Shown in pieces: positions 1 through 10,761 of a stretch of 29,600 nt of DNA. Position numbers and translations under genes: made by a program. Position 1 is the stretch's first letter. Each line of letters begins with the position of its first letter. Below the pieces are notes generated by a model that did no database searches, was not told the origin of the DNA, and saw only the letters and a list, made by a program, of their open reading frames with translations. Origin of the DNA: Azolla caroliniana (taxonomy: Eukaryota > Plantae > Polypodiophyta); contig JBHGNT010000386.1 of NCBI GenBank assembly GCA_043228905.1, positions 1 through 29,600 on the forward strand, read 5' to 3'.

Positions 1-3
1 CAC

Positions 4-3000
4 CTAACCGCGCATCCACCGGCATGCGCCAAATTGTGTTGGGACGGAGAAAACCGGTCCAGCCTTCATTCCCCGCCCGTCGGTTCTTCCTCGGTTTCGG
101 ATCGTTCGTCGTCCCGGATCCGGCTTGTCGTCGTGAAGCTTCTTGAACGCTTTGATCCGCTTCCCCACTACCGGTATCGCCATTCTCGTACCACCGAGTT
201 CCGCCAGATGGTACGTCCCGTTGTCGTTGGCGCTTTGTACCACGTAAGGCCCGAACCACCTTCTTGCGAACTTCCGTGTCGCTCGGTGCTGGTTGTCAAG
301 GCTGCTGTCGTAGACTAGCACCTAGTCGCCTTCCTCGACCTTCTTCGGTCGGAGCCGGTGCGTTCGGTCGAACCGGGCTTTGTTCCTCGTCCTTGCCACT
401 CGAAGCTTTCCCGCGGCCTGCTCCACGTCCTCCGGTCTTCGCTCGAGCTATCGTATGCGCACCGTCAACAGTTCCTCCCGGCTCATCTCGTCTCTCCAGT
501 CCACGGTTGCCCATGAGGAGATCGTACGTTCCATCGGCATGATCGGCTTCTGCCCAAACATGAGCTCTGCCGGCATGAATCCGGTTACTGAACTGTGCGT
601 AGTTCGGTCAGCCCACAACGCGTAAGGCAGCAGCCACGGCTAGTTCCCGACTTGACCTCCGCATGCCCGAACTAACGCCTTGACGATCGGTCCGTGTCCG
701 TGCTCCACCTTTCCATTCGCCTCCGGATTGTACGCAGTGGTAAGCGAGAGCTTGACTCCTAGCCGGTCGAACAGCTCCTCAGCCTCTTCGGCGTCCAGTT
801 CCCCGCGATCAGCCACGATCTTCCCGACGCACCCGTACTGGCATATCACATCCTCAATCAGGAACCGACATACGGCCGCGGTCGTTTTGTTCTGAAGGGC
901 TCGGCCTTCTACCTGGTTGGTCAGATCTTCCCGAGCCAGGACCAGATACCGCATCTGTCCTACTCCCATCGACATCATCACCAGATCTACCATCCATTTG
1001 AAGTGGATGGTCGGAGGGTACGTAGGGTGAAGCTCGTCCCGATGTCGGACTATGGAGTGCATCTGACAGCTCTTGCAAGTTTTCACGAACCGATGCACGT
1101 CCCGGTACAGTCCCGGCCACCAGTACTTCCCCTTTACCTTCTCGAACGTGGCCCACGTTCCACGGTGTCCAGCCCAAGGGCTGTCGTGGTAGGCCGTCAG
1201 TAGCTCCTCCTGTTCTCCCTTCATCGCCACCACCCGGAGCGGGACGCCGTTCCTCTTCTTCGGGTGCTTCCATAAGTATCCGTCCCGGAGAAAGAATCGG
1301 TATGCTTTCTTCCAGATCCGGTTTGCCTCGTCCCTCGTCCATGACGCATCCGGCGTCATCGTCCTCAAAAACCCACCGATCTGGAGCCACTCGCCGTCGT
1401 ACTTGCTCTCGTCGAAGTCGTTAAGTGCCGGAGTGCTCGTCCCATTGGCTGTTACGTATGCTGCCTCGAAGAAGTCCACGCCGACTTCTTCGTCCTCCGA
1501 AACCATGCCGCCCTCGTCATCAAACCTTGCCCTCGAAAGCATGTCGGCCATGGCGTTGTCCTTTCCGGAAATGTGCCGTATTTCCGGGTCCAGGGACTTG
1601 ATGTACGCTATCCACCGGAGCATCGCCAGGTCCGGTGTCGCGCAGCCGGAAACCATGCCGAGAATCGGCAGGCAATCCATCTCGATAACCACTTCTGTCC
1701 CGATCAGGTAATCTTTGTCGGCCTTTACTACCGAAACGATACCCCAGAGTTTGCGTTTAACCTGGGCGTACCCTCGCTGTCGTTCACTGAGGACCTTCGC
1801 GCCGAATCGGATCGGGAACCAAATGCCGTTCTTGTCCTCTTGGTTGACGACCCATCCGATCCCGGTCGGACTCGTATCCACTGTTATGTATATCGGGGTA
1901 CCCTTCCCGTAGACAGCCTTCTGGAGCGCCGGTGCTGCCGCAAGAGCTTCCTTCAGCTTCCGGTCCGACTCCGTGTGCTCGTCTCGCCACTCGAATTTTC
2001 GCCCTTTCTTCAGCAACCCGTATAGCAGCTCCGCAACGTGGGCGTAATGCGGGATCCATATGTGGTAGAATGCGCATGCCCCCAGGAACCTCCGAACTTC
2101 CGTAACCGAGCTATAGTCGGTCTTCATCACGGAGATGGCTTCTACCTTTGCCGGAGACGGCTTCCGGCCATATGGTCCACATAGGTGTCCGACCACCAGG
2201 ATTTCCGATTGCCCGAAGGCCGATTTCTCCCCGAAGAAGGTGAGCCTCGCATCCTCTAGCCTATGTAGCACCTTCTCGTAGTCGTCGATGTGTGTTGCCA
2301 CGAATCGCCGGCATCCGTCCGGTCCGAGTGTTGCGTCCCTCTCTTCTACCGGGACCCCTTGATCGGAATGTCGTCTAGAAATGGCATGGTGATTTCCGGG
2401 ATGCAATCCCTCAGTACCTTGTTCATTGCATTCACCATATGGGCCACCGAGTTGGTCCCTCCTTGTGGCAGGGTACACATTCGCACTAGGCCGAGTGGAG
2501 TTCGCATCGTCGTAATGTCTCTGCTCTCCACGGCTAGCTGGAACTGGTCGTACCCCGAGTACAGATCACCGACCGAGTAAATCAACCTTCCGGCGAAGGC
2601 CTCCGCGAACTCGTCTATGGTCGGTCCGATTCCTGCGTTCCGAATGGTCACTCTGTTGACCGGCTGCAGGTCCTGAATGAAGCACAATGTTCCGTTTTTC
2701 TTTGGTACGGTAAACCATCGGTTCGAGTATGGCGCGCTCGACGGTTCGAGAATACCCATATCGACTTTCTGCCTCAATAGCTCCATCAACTCCGGCATGT
2801 GAGCTCTTGGTACCTGAATCGGCTTGAGATTCCACGGCACATGCGGTACCGTGAATATCACCATCGGCTCCACGATTGTCGGGTCTACGCACCCGATCTC
2901 TTCCGGCGAGAATGCGAAGGCTTTCCCATGCCTTCCGAGCATTCTCCGAAACCGGTCTTCCTCCGCCGGCAGTAGGAACCCGCCCCCACCGATCTTGAGC

Positions 3001-3416
3001 TCCCGGAGCGTCCCGTCGGTGAAGGTGTGTCCTATGCAGGCCGGATCTCGTAAACTGGGGTCCGACGCCACCCCTCTGATTCGGGACTCGCTGCCCTCCG
3101 GCAAGGGTGCCGCGACTGGCCTTACCTTCCGGTCCACAATCTTGTACTTCGTGCTAACTCGGGCCATCCGATCCGACCCGAGCCCCCGACTGAAGTTCGT
3201 GATGACTTCGTACATCTCTTCGGAACATACCGGTATCGTCCGGTCTTCGTTAAGGTCTTCTCCGGCTACCTTCCTCAGCATTCCCAAGGTGTCGTCGAAG
3301 GAGACCGCCTCCACGGCTCCGCTGATTTCCTCGTCCCGGCCGAGAACTCCGCACGCTCGAAGTTGCTCCTCCACCCTTGCCCTTTCTCGGCCAACGATGC
3401 CGACTATCATACATCC
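4..3416 (-). pseudogene. pol: pol of element A (RT, RNase H, integrase), part downstream of the Copia insertion
   Basis: RT motifs DLYSGYDQ, LPQG and PFLDD; RNase H TVDTS; integrase HHCC (YHDSPWAGH...CKSCQ) and DDE (VDL, ADRG, NPEANGKVE). 1-nt frameshift near 2350; nonsense codons at about 640, 450 and 323. Confidence 0.93.
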
Positions 3417-3864
3417 TGTTAAGGAAACGTGAAGAAGGCACTCGGGCTCTTCTTTTGTATGCGCGGCGGATCGTAGTGTGCTGGATCGTTAGCGTGCTCT
3501 AAACAGACAGAGAAAGGAAAGGGGACTTACCTCTGTAGTAGCAAAATGGTTTTCTTCTATTACATGTAGAGCTCAACTTGCTCTCGTCAGTCTTCTGGTC
3601 TCTCACTCTCTCAGAGTTCTCTACTCACTATATCTCTGTTTTTTCTTACTACTACCTTCTATTCACCCTCACTTACTTTTACCTAAGTCATAAGTTATTA
3701 CACATGCAGCTAATTAGCTGCCAGTAGCTAATTAGCTGTCAGTCGCTAAATAGCTGTTCACTAGCTAAATAGCTGTTTTACCTTTTTGTTCACTAGTAGC
3801 TAAATAGCTACTATAGCTTATTTCTCATAAGCATCACATACCATGTTGAGCTTGCTTCTCAACA
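3417..3864 (-). repeat. Copia 3' LTR (448 bp)
   Basis: Direct repeat of 8374-8789, differing by one visible substitution, a 50-bp indel and an 18-bp indel. Confidence 0.97.
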
Positions 3865-3874
3865 CTCCCCCTCA
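3865..3874 (-). other. Copia polypurine tract
   Basis: TGAGGGGGAG on the minus strand immediately before the 3' LTR. Confidence 0.93.
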
Positions 3875-3882
3875 AGCTCAAC

Positions 3883-6800
3883 TTATTCTTTCTTGGGGTT
3901 ATCTACAACTTCTTTTTCATGATGCTTGTCAGCCATCATATCAATATCTACAACTCCCATCATGTTCCGAAACTGTGTATGCTTTTCCACACTCAATCCC
4001 TTTGTGAGAATATCAGCAACCTGCTGATTTGTATTCACATACACCAGATCAACTTCTCCTTCAATCACTTTTTCTCTAACAAAGTGATAATGCACTTCAA
4101 TGTGCTTTGTTCTTGCATGGAACACTGGGTTCTTTGCAAGCTGAATGCTACTCATATTGTCACACCAGATTGTGACAGCACCATCTATATATACTCCCAG
4201 ATCAGCAAGCAGTCTTCTGATCCATACTTCTTCACATGTGGCTATTGCAGCCCCTCTATACTCAGCTTCTGTACTGGACAATGCAACAGTAGCCTGTTTC
4301 TTGCTACTCCATGAAATTCCTACACTTCCCAAGGTAAACATGTATCCACTTGTGGATCTCCTGTCTGTTTGGCTTCCAGCCCAGTCAGCATCTGTATATC
4401 CTTCCAGATTTATGTCTAGATCAGACCTGTAAAATAGTCCAAAGTTCTGAGTTGCTTTTACATACCTCAGAATCCTTCTGATGCAGTCCAAATGTGGCTT
4501 TGTTGGCTGTTGCATAAACTGGCTGACTAATCCAACAGCATAGCTCAAATCAGGTCTTGTTATAGTCAAATAAATAAGGTTGCCCACCATAGACCTGTAC
4601 ATGTTTACATCTTCTATCTTGGCTCCCAAATCAGCCCTCAACTTGCAGTTTTTATCAAGTGGTACAGCAATAGGTTTGCATCCAAGCATACCATACTTTT
4701 TCAACATAGTTGTTGCATACTGTTTTTGCAACATACATATACCACTTTCAGATCTGATGATTTCAATACCAAGAAAATATCTCAGATCTCCCAAATCTTT
4801 CATATGAAACTGCATTTCCAGATTTTTTTTCAACTTTCTTATTTCATCCACGGAATCTCCTCCAATAATCAAATCATCTACATAAATCAGAATAATAACA
4901 ATGCAATCATTTTCACTTTTTACATACAAAGAAGGATCAGCTTTTGACATTTTGAAACCAAGATTTTTCAGAGAATCTGAAAGTTCTTTGTGCCATGCTC
5001 TTGGTGCCTGTTTCAGTCCATAGAGAGCTTTTTTCAGCTTACATACATAATCAGGTTGTTTCTTATCTTCAAAACCTGGTGGTTGACTCATATACACTTC
5101 TTCTTCCAAGTTACCATGTAAAAAAGCATTTTTTACATCCATGTGATGCAAAATCCATTTTCTGGCTGCTCCTACAGCAAGTAGTGTTCTCAAGGTTGCC
5201 ATCTTTGCAACCGGTGCAAAAGTCTCATCATAATCAATCCCTTGCATCTGAGCATATCCTTTTGCAACCAATCTTGCTTTATGTCTACTTACATTTCCAT
5301 TGGAGTCATGCTTTGTCTTGTAGACCCATTTGCAGCCTACCACATTTTTCTCTTTTGGTAACTTCACTAAATCCCACGTTTTGTTCTCAGCCAATGCATC
5401 AATCTCTTCTTGCATTGCATCCATCCATTTCTTCTCAGATTTTGCTTCTTCAAAGTTGTTTGGGTCAGGGATCTGTACCACCTTAGACATGTATGCATAA
5501 TGCATAGCCATGTATGTATCATACCCAAATCTTTCCACAGTCTTTTTCTCTCTATCTGATCTTCTCAGTTTCTGATTTGCATTCTTTATTGCCTTTTCCA
5601 TACCAGGGATTTTCATTTCCTGTATTCCAAGGAAATCATCCAAAGACATATCTGAATCTTCATCTTCCATGTTTTTTGATAGGTCATCCGGGATTTCATA
5701 CTCTGGCATTTTCTGTTTTCCTTTTTTGTCATCAGATTTTTTCTGTCCAGTTTTTCCACTCCATGAATTTGAATCAGATTTACCATCTGAGCTTTTTGAT
5801 GGTCCAGAACATTCTGTTGATGTTGGACTTTGCTGTCCAACCTTGTCTCCATCTCTGTGACAGTCTTCTACATTTTCTGATCTGTCTTTGTCTTCATTTT
5901 GACAGTCTTCATCAGTCTCTAGATTCTGTTTTGGGCTGTACCAACTAGCCAACTCATCAAATATCACATCTCGACTTGTCACAATCTTTTTAGTCACAGG
6001 GTTATAACATCTGTACCCTTTTTGTTCTTCTGAATATCCAACAAAGATACTTTTTTCTGCTTTTGGATCCAACTTACTTCTTACTTCTGCAGGCACATGT
6101 ACATATGCAAGGCATCCAAACACTTTCAAGTGTTGTAAGCTAGGCTTCCTGCCATAAAAACACTCTTCAGGAGTTGCCTCATGTACTCCTGATGTAATAC
6201 ATCTATTTAAAATGTAATTTGCTGTATTTACAGCTTCTGCCCAATAGTATAATGGCATGTTCTTCTCAGTCATCATTGCCCTTGCTATGTTCACCAAAGT
6301 TCTGTTTTTTCTCTCAGCAACTCCATTTTGCTGTGGAGTATATCGGCATGTGAACTGTCTTCTTATTCCCTGATTACACAAAAAATCAGAAAATTCATTG
6401 GAGAAATACTCTCCTCCTCCATCAGATCTCAAACATTTTATCCTTGTACCAGCCTGCTTTTCTACCATGCATTTAAACTTACGAAAACAGTCAAATACTT
6501 CACTTTTCTCCTTCATGAAGTACACCCATGTCTTCCGTGAACAATCATCAATAAATGTAACATAAAATCTGCATCCACCAATAGATGCATTCTTTGTTGG
6601 TCCCCATACATCTGTATGTACCAAATCCAACAGATTTTTGCTTACATGTCTCTCATGAGGGAATGGCAACCTGTTTTGCTTACCATATTGACATGCTTCA
6701 CATACTTTTCCCATTTCACACTTTTTCAAGTTTGGCAGTCCAGCCACTGCATCTTTTCTCAACATATTCTTTAATGTTTGCATACTTATATGGCCAATCC

Positions 6801-8228
6801 TTTTATGCCACATTTCCACATCTGAGATTACACTCGTTCCATTTGCAAACATGGCTGAAAACTGTTTGGGCATTTCTACATCCAAGATAAACATTCTTCC
6901 TTGTCTCTTCCCTTTGGCAATGAGCTTCCCATTCTTTTCTATATAGCATCCACTTTGCTTAAACTTCACTTGCATACCTTGCTCTACAATCTGTCCAACA
7001 GAAATCAGATTCTTAGCAAGGTTTGGAACATGCATCACATTCAACATATACTTGGTTTTTCCTCTTTCTTCCCACAATGGGATATCTCCAACATGTTTTA
7101 TTTGGTGAGTTGTGTCATCACCTGTTTGTACATAACCAGGAACCTCTGGTTCTCTTAAACTCTCAAACCAATTTGCATGTCCAGTCATATGGTTAGATGC
7201 CCCTGAGTCTACATACCACGTAAACTCTTCATTACATTTCTGTGAGCTTTTAGCCACTGCTGCTATCTCATGTTGCACTACAAAACCACCTTCCTTTTCA
7301 CAATCTTCACTAGCAGAGGCATAGTTACTCTGTTGTCCTTTTCCTCTTTTCTCATCATTTTGTTTCTTGTAACATTCAGCCTGTGTATGGCCTGGTTTAC
7401 CACAATACCAGCAGCCATCATCATTTACATAAGTTTGCTTACCTCTACCTCGGTTGCTCCCCCTGCCTCTGTTGTTGTTTCCTCCTCTATGAGCTTGTTG
7501 TCCTCTTCCTTGAAAGCCATTATTATTGGTTCTTCCTGAGCCAAATCTTCCATGGCCTCTTCCTCGGCCTCTTCCGGCATTATTATAGAGGGCTTGCCCC
7601 TCGTTCTCTGAGTTTCCTTTATTTGCATCATCCATCTGATTCCTTTCCTCTACCACAAGCATTGAGACCAGATCTGAAAAACTTGGGATACTATCCCTTG
7701 TGAGCATAGAAGTTTTAAAACTCTTGTATTGAGGTCCTAAGCCTCTTAAGCATATTTCCACTTTGTCATCATCTTCTATCTTCACATTGATAGAAGCAAG
7801 TGATTCACATATACTCTTGATTTTTAAGGCATATTCATTTATTGACATCTTACCTTTCTCCAAGGTATTTAGCTCAGTCTTTAACTGGAGCTTTCTAGCC
7901 TTTGTGTTCACAGCAAACAGTTTACCAAGTTGTCCCAAGCTTCTTTTGGGAGCATAGCATCTTGTATATGCCCAAGCATTGAATCTGAGATGCTGAGTGA
8001 TAGCCAATGCATTACTTTCCTTGCCCCTTGATTCCAATCTTTAAATGCCTTAATATGTGCAGCTGTTGCATTCTCTTCTGGGATCTCTGGAGCCTCTTCT
8101 AGGTCTCCTTCAATGTAATCCCAGTATCCTTTCCCCATCAGAAAGTTTGTCATTATGAATTTCCACGCCGGGAAATTGTTTTTATCTAATTTCTCTGTGA
8201 CCATTTGGCCTACATTCTCTGCAGCCAT
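3883..8228 (-). pseudogene. gag-pol: Copia gag-pol polyprotein with one frameshift near 7922
   Basis: Gag N-terminus KLDKNNFPAWK (ATG at 8228); CCHC CWYCGKPGHTQAEC; protease WYVDSGASNHM; integrase WHKRIGH/CEAC, HTDVWGP, RSDGGGEY, QQNGVAER; RT MDVKNAFLHG, LYGLKQAPRAW, IYVDDL; RNase H YTDADWAG. One missing A at AWDNL-VKLF splits the ORF. Confidence 0.95.
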
Positions 8229-8361
8229 TTTTTTTCCTTCCAAAAAACCAGGGTTTTGCTTTAGTTACTTCAACAAGTAACTTTCTGATTTCTGATCAGC
8301 AACCAGAGAAATAACTTCCTCAGATTAAGGCACTGCTATACTCTTCCTTACGAGCTACTCA

Positions 8362-8373
8362 GCTCTGATACCA
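8362..8373 (-). other. Copia primer-binding site, initiator tRNA-Met
   Basis: TGGTATCAGAGC on the minus strand adjacent to the 5' LTR. Confidence 0.96.
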
Positions 8374-8789
8374 TGTTAAGAAAACGTGAAGAAGGCACTC
8401 GGGCTCTAAACAGACAGAGAAAGGAAAGGGGACTTACCTCTGTAGTAGCAAAATGGTTTTCTTCTATTACATGTAGAGCTCAACTTGCTCTCGTCAGTCT
8501 TCTGGTCTCTCACTCTCTCAGAGTTCTCTACTCACTATATCTCTGTTTTTTCTTACTACTACCTTCTATTCACCCTCACTTACTTTTACCTAAGTCATAA
8601 GTTATTACACATGCAGCTAATTAGCTGCCAGTAGCTAATTAGCTGTCAGTCGCTAAATAGCTGTTCACTAGCTAATTAGCTGTCACTAGCTAAATAGCTG
8701 TTTTACCTTTTTGTTCACTAGTAGCTAAATAGCTACTATAGCTTATTTCTCATAAGCATCACATACCATGTTGAGCTTGCTTCTCAACA
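8374..8789 (-). repeat. Copia 5' LTR (416 bp)
   Basis: TG...CA, adjacent to PBS, flanked by TSD. Confidence 0.97.
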
Positions 8790-8866
8790 CATCCTCCGTC
8801 GTCGGAGAAGCAAAATTTCCTGCCTATCGTACAAGGTTTCTTCGGTTTCGGTTCTATCGTACAGCT

Positions 8867-8932
8867 GTGGGGTCTTTCCCGATTGTCTGGACTGTCTCGG
8901 CCCCACGCCTTGGCAGCCCTCTCTAAAAATCC
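8867..8932 (-). promoter_or_regulatory. Putative -1 ribosomal frameshift signal of element A (G GAT TTT plus pseudoknot)
   Basis: Heptamer at 8932-8926 directly before the ORF1 TAG; the -1 frame is open into pol; stem GGGCTGCC/GACAGTCC; loop GTGGGG pairs with downstream CCCCAC. Confidence 0.78.
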
Positions 8933-10718
8933 TCCCGGTTCTCGCCACCGAGGGATTCGCGGTTCCGCTCGTGGTTCGGCCGCACCGTTAGAAATTGAAC
9001 CGAATGGCACCCGTCCTGGCTTTTGACCCTCGCGTAGGCTGAACCGTTGTCCAGTACTTTGGTCTCCATCCGCGCCGCCGTGATGTATGGTTCCCCTAAT
9101 ATGACCGGGTGCGAGGATGTCTCCTGTACGAAGAAGTGCTGGTCAATCTCGACGTCGCCGATCTTGACTCGCACGTTCGGGCAGGCCCCGTGCAGTTCCT
9201 CGGTGGCGCGCATCGCCGCCCGTATCTTCCACCCATGCTTGGTGTTGATCAGCCACTTCCCCTTCTTATAGAAGTCCATGGACATCAGGTTTATTTCCGA
9301 ACCGTGGTCCACCAGTGCCACCACCGGTTCCTGAACCTCTCCGATCTTTACGGGGGTCTCCGTGGTCGCTCGGGTCCAGTGTGGCCTCGAATAGTGGCTC
9401 TCCGCCCACTCATCTGCCAGCGCTAAGTCGTCGATGTGCGTCGTCCGCATCTCTACCGGTCTTTCCGGATCCGTCTCCGTCGACAGCCTCTTCCGTTTTA
9501 CAAGTCTACAATGGAGTCGTGGAACTCCTTCTTGGCGATCCCTAACACCTCTCGCAATGACAACTCCACTTTGCTGTCGAGGATCCGTTCTTCTAGGACC
9601 TTTCGTAGGTCCGTAGTCCTTTCTATTTCTGTCCCCAGTCGGTATCCGCCCTTCCTGGGTTATCTTGCGAGCTGGACCCGCCGGCATCGTTCCGTCGTTG
9701 CCAGAATCGGGTCTCGTATCGTTGTGAGGGCCTGGCCGCTCCGGCTTTCCCCACTCGCTTGTCTTCTACCAGAGCCTCGTAGTTCTGGCAGGCGGCTTCT
9801 ACGAAGCCCGTCTTCTCCTCGACCGGATCGCTCCACCCGGTTATTTCCCGGACCCGTCTCTCAGCGCGGTCCGTTTCATCTTTCCTTAGCCGTGCGCCGG
9901 CAAGACCTTCCAGCATTGCCGCCCAGAATCCGTCTTTGCCCTCCTTTCGGGCCTCGCTGCACCCGACCCGAATGCCGGCCGATGCCGAGTAGTGGATGGC
10001 TTCCACGTGTCGGGCCACAGCCTCTTCCATCAGTCTCTTCATACCTCCTCGTCCGTCGTTTCGGTTCAGGGCCCTCCTGGTGTCGCCGGTGTGCACCCAG
10101 CCTTCCCACAGGTACACCACCCGGTTCCTCAACGCTTCTGCGAAATCGCCACAATCCTTCCGAATGTGGCCGACCTCGTCGCACCACATGCACCTGTTCC
10201 CCGCTGCCGGCCGTCGGTCACGAGCCGGTTCGCCGCCTTCCCTTCGAGTCTGGGCGATCTGGAGATCCTTTATCGCCCGCGTCAACTCCTCCAGCGCTGC
10301 TCCTCCGGACGAGCCATTGACCATGCCGGTCGAAGCCGGACCAGTTTCGAGCCATTCCCGGGTCTCTTCCCTTCGCACTTGCGGTGCCGGTTCAAGCCTC
10401 CTTACTGTGACAGAGCCCGCACATGCCGCCCCGTTGTCAACCCATTCTCGCCGTTTATCGAAACGAAGACTCTCTTAACCGCAGCCCAGTCGGTTGTCAG
10501 CCCGTCCTCGGTTTCCAGCAAGGAGCCGACTTGGTCCCGGTCCCGCTCATCCACCGACTTGACGAACAGTAGGACCCGGCTCGTATCCAGAACGGTTCGG
10601 TCAAGCGCCGAAAGGCGTGCAAAGCGTTCTTGGAACTCCCGGAGGAGTGCCGTCGCGTTTCTTCCCTTGCCGAAGCCATGGCCGAAGCCATGGCCTCTGC
10701 AAGATCCGACCCTTTCAT
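8923..10718 (-). pseudogene. gag: gag-protease ORF1 of element A, fragmented and internally deleted
   Basis: CCHC CMWCDEVGHIRKDC; protease VALVDHGSEINLM...VILGEPY; several frameshifts; lacks roughly 130 codons present in B's gag. Confidence 0.88.
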
Positions 10719-10740
10719 CTTCTGCTCTTCTGCCGCCTCC

Positions 10741-10758
10741 TTCACGTCGGGTTCACCA
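10741..10758 (-). other. Primer-binding site of element A, tRNA-Trp
   Basis: TGGTGAACCCGACGTGAA, complementary to the 3' 18 nt of plant cytosolic tRNA-Trp as I recall it; identical to 23258-23275. Confidence 0.88.
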
Positions 10759-10761
10759 AGA

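Larger units (their letters stand above)
3417..8789 (-). mobile_element. Ty1/Copia LTR retrotransposon, full length, recent
   Basis: TG...CA LTRs at 3417-3864 and 8374-8789; 5-bp TSD CATCC (3412-3416, 8790-8794); PBS and PPT present; gag-PR-IN-RT-RH order. Removing it restores A's pol frame (SDDGG|CMIVG). Confidence 0.98.

Noticed and set aside
7908-8037. Programmed frameshift in Copia gag
   Set aside because: It falls mid-capsid, lacks a canonical heptamer or evident stimulator, and Copia gag-pol is normally one ORF.
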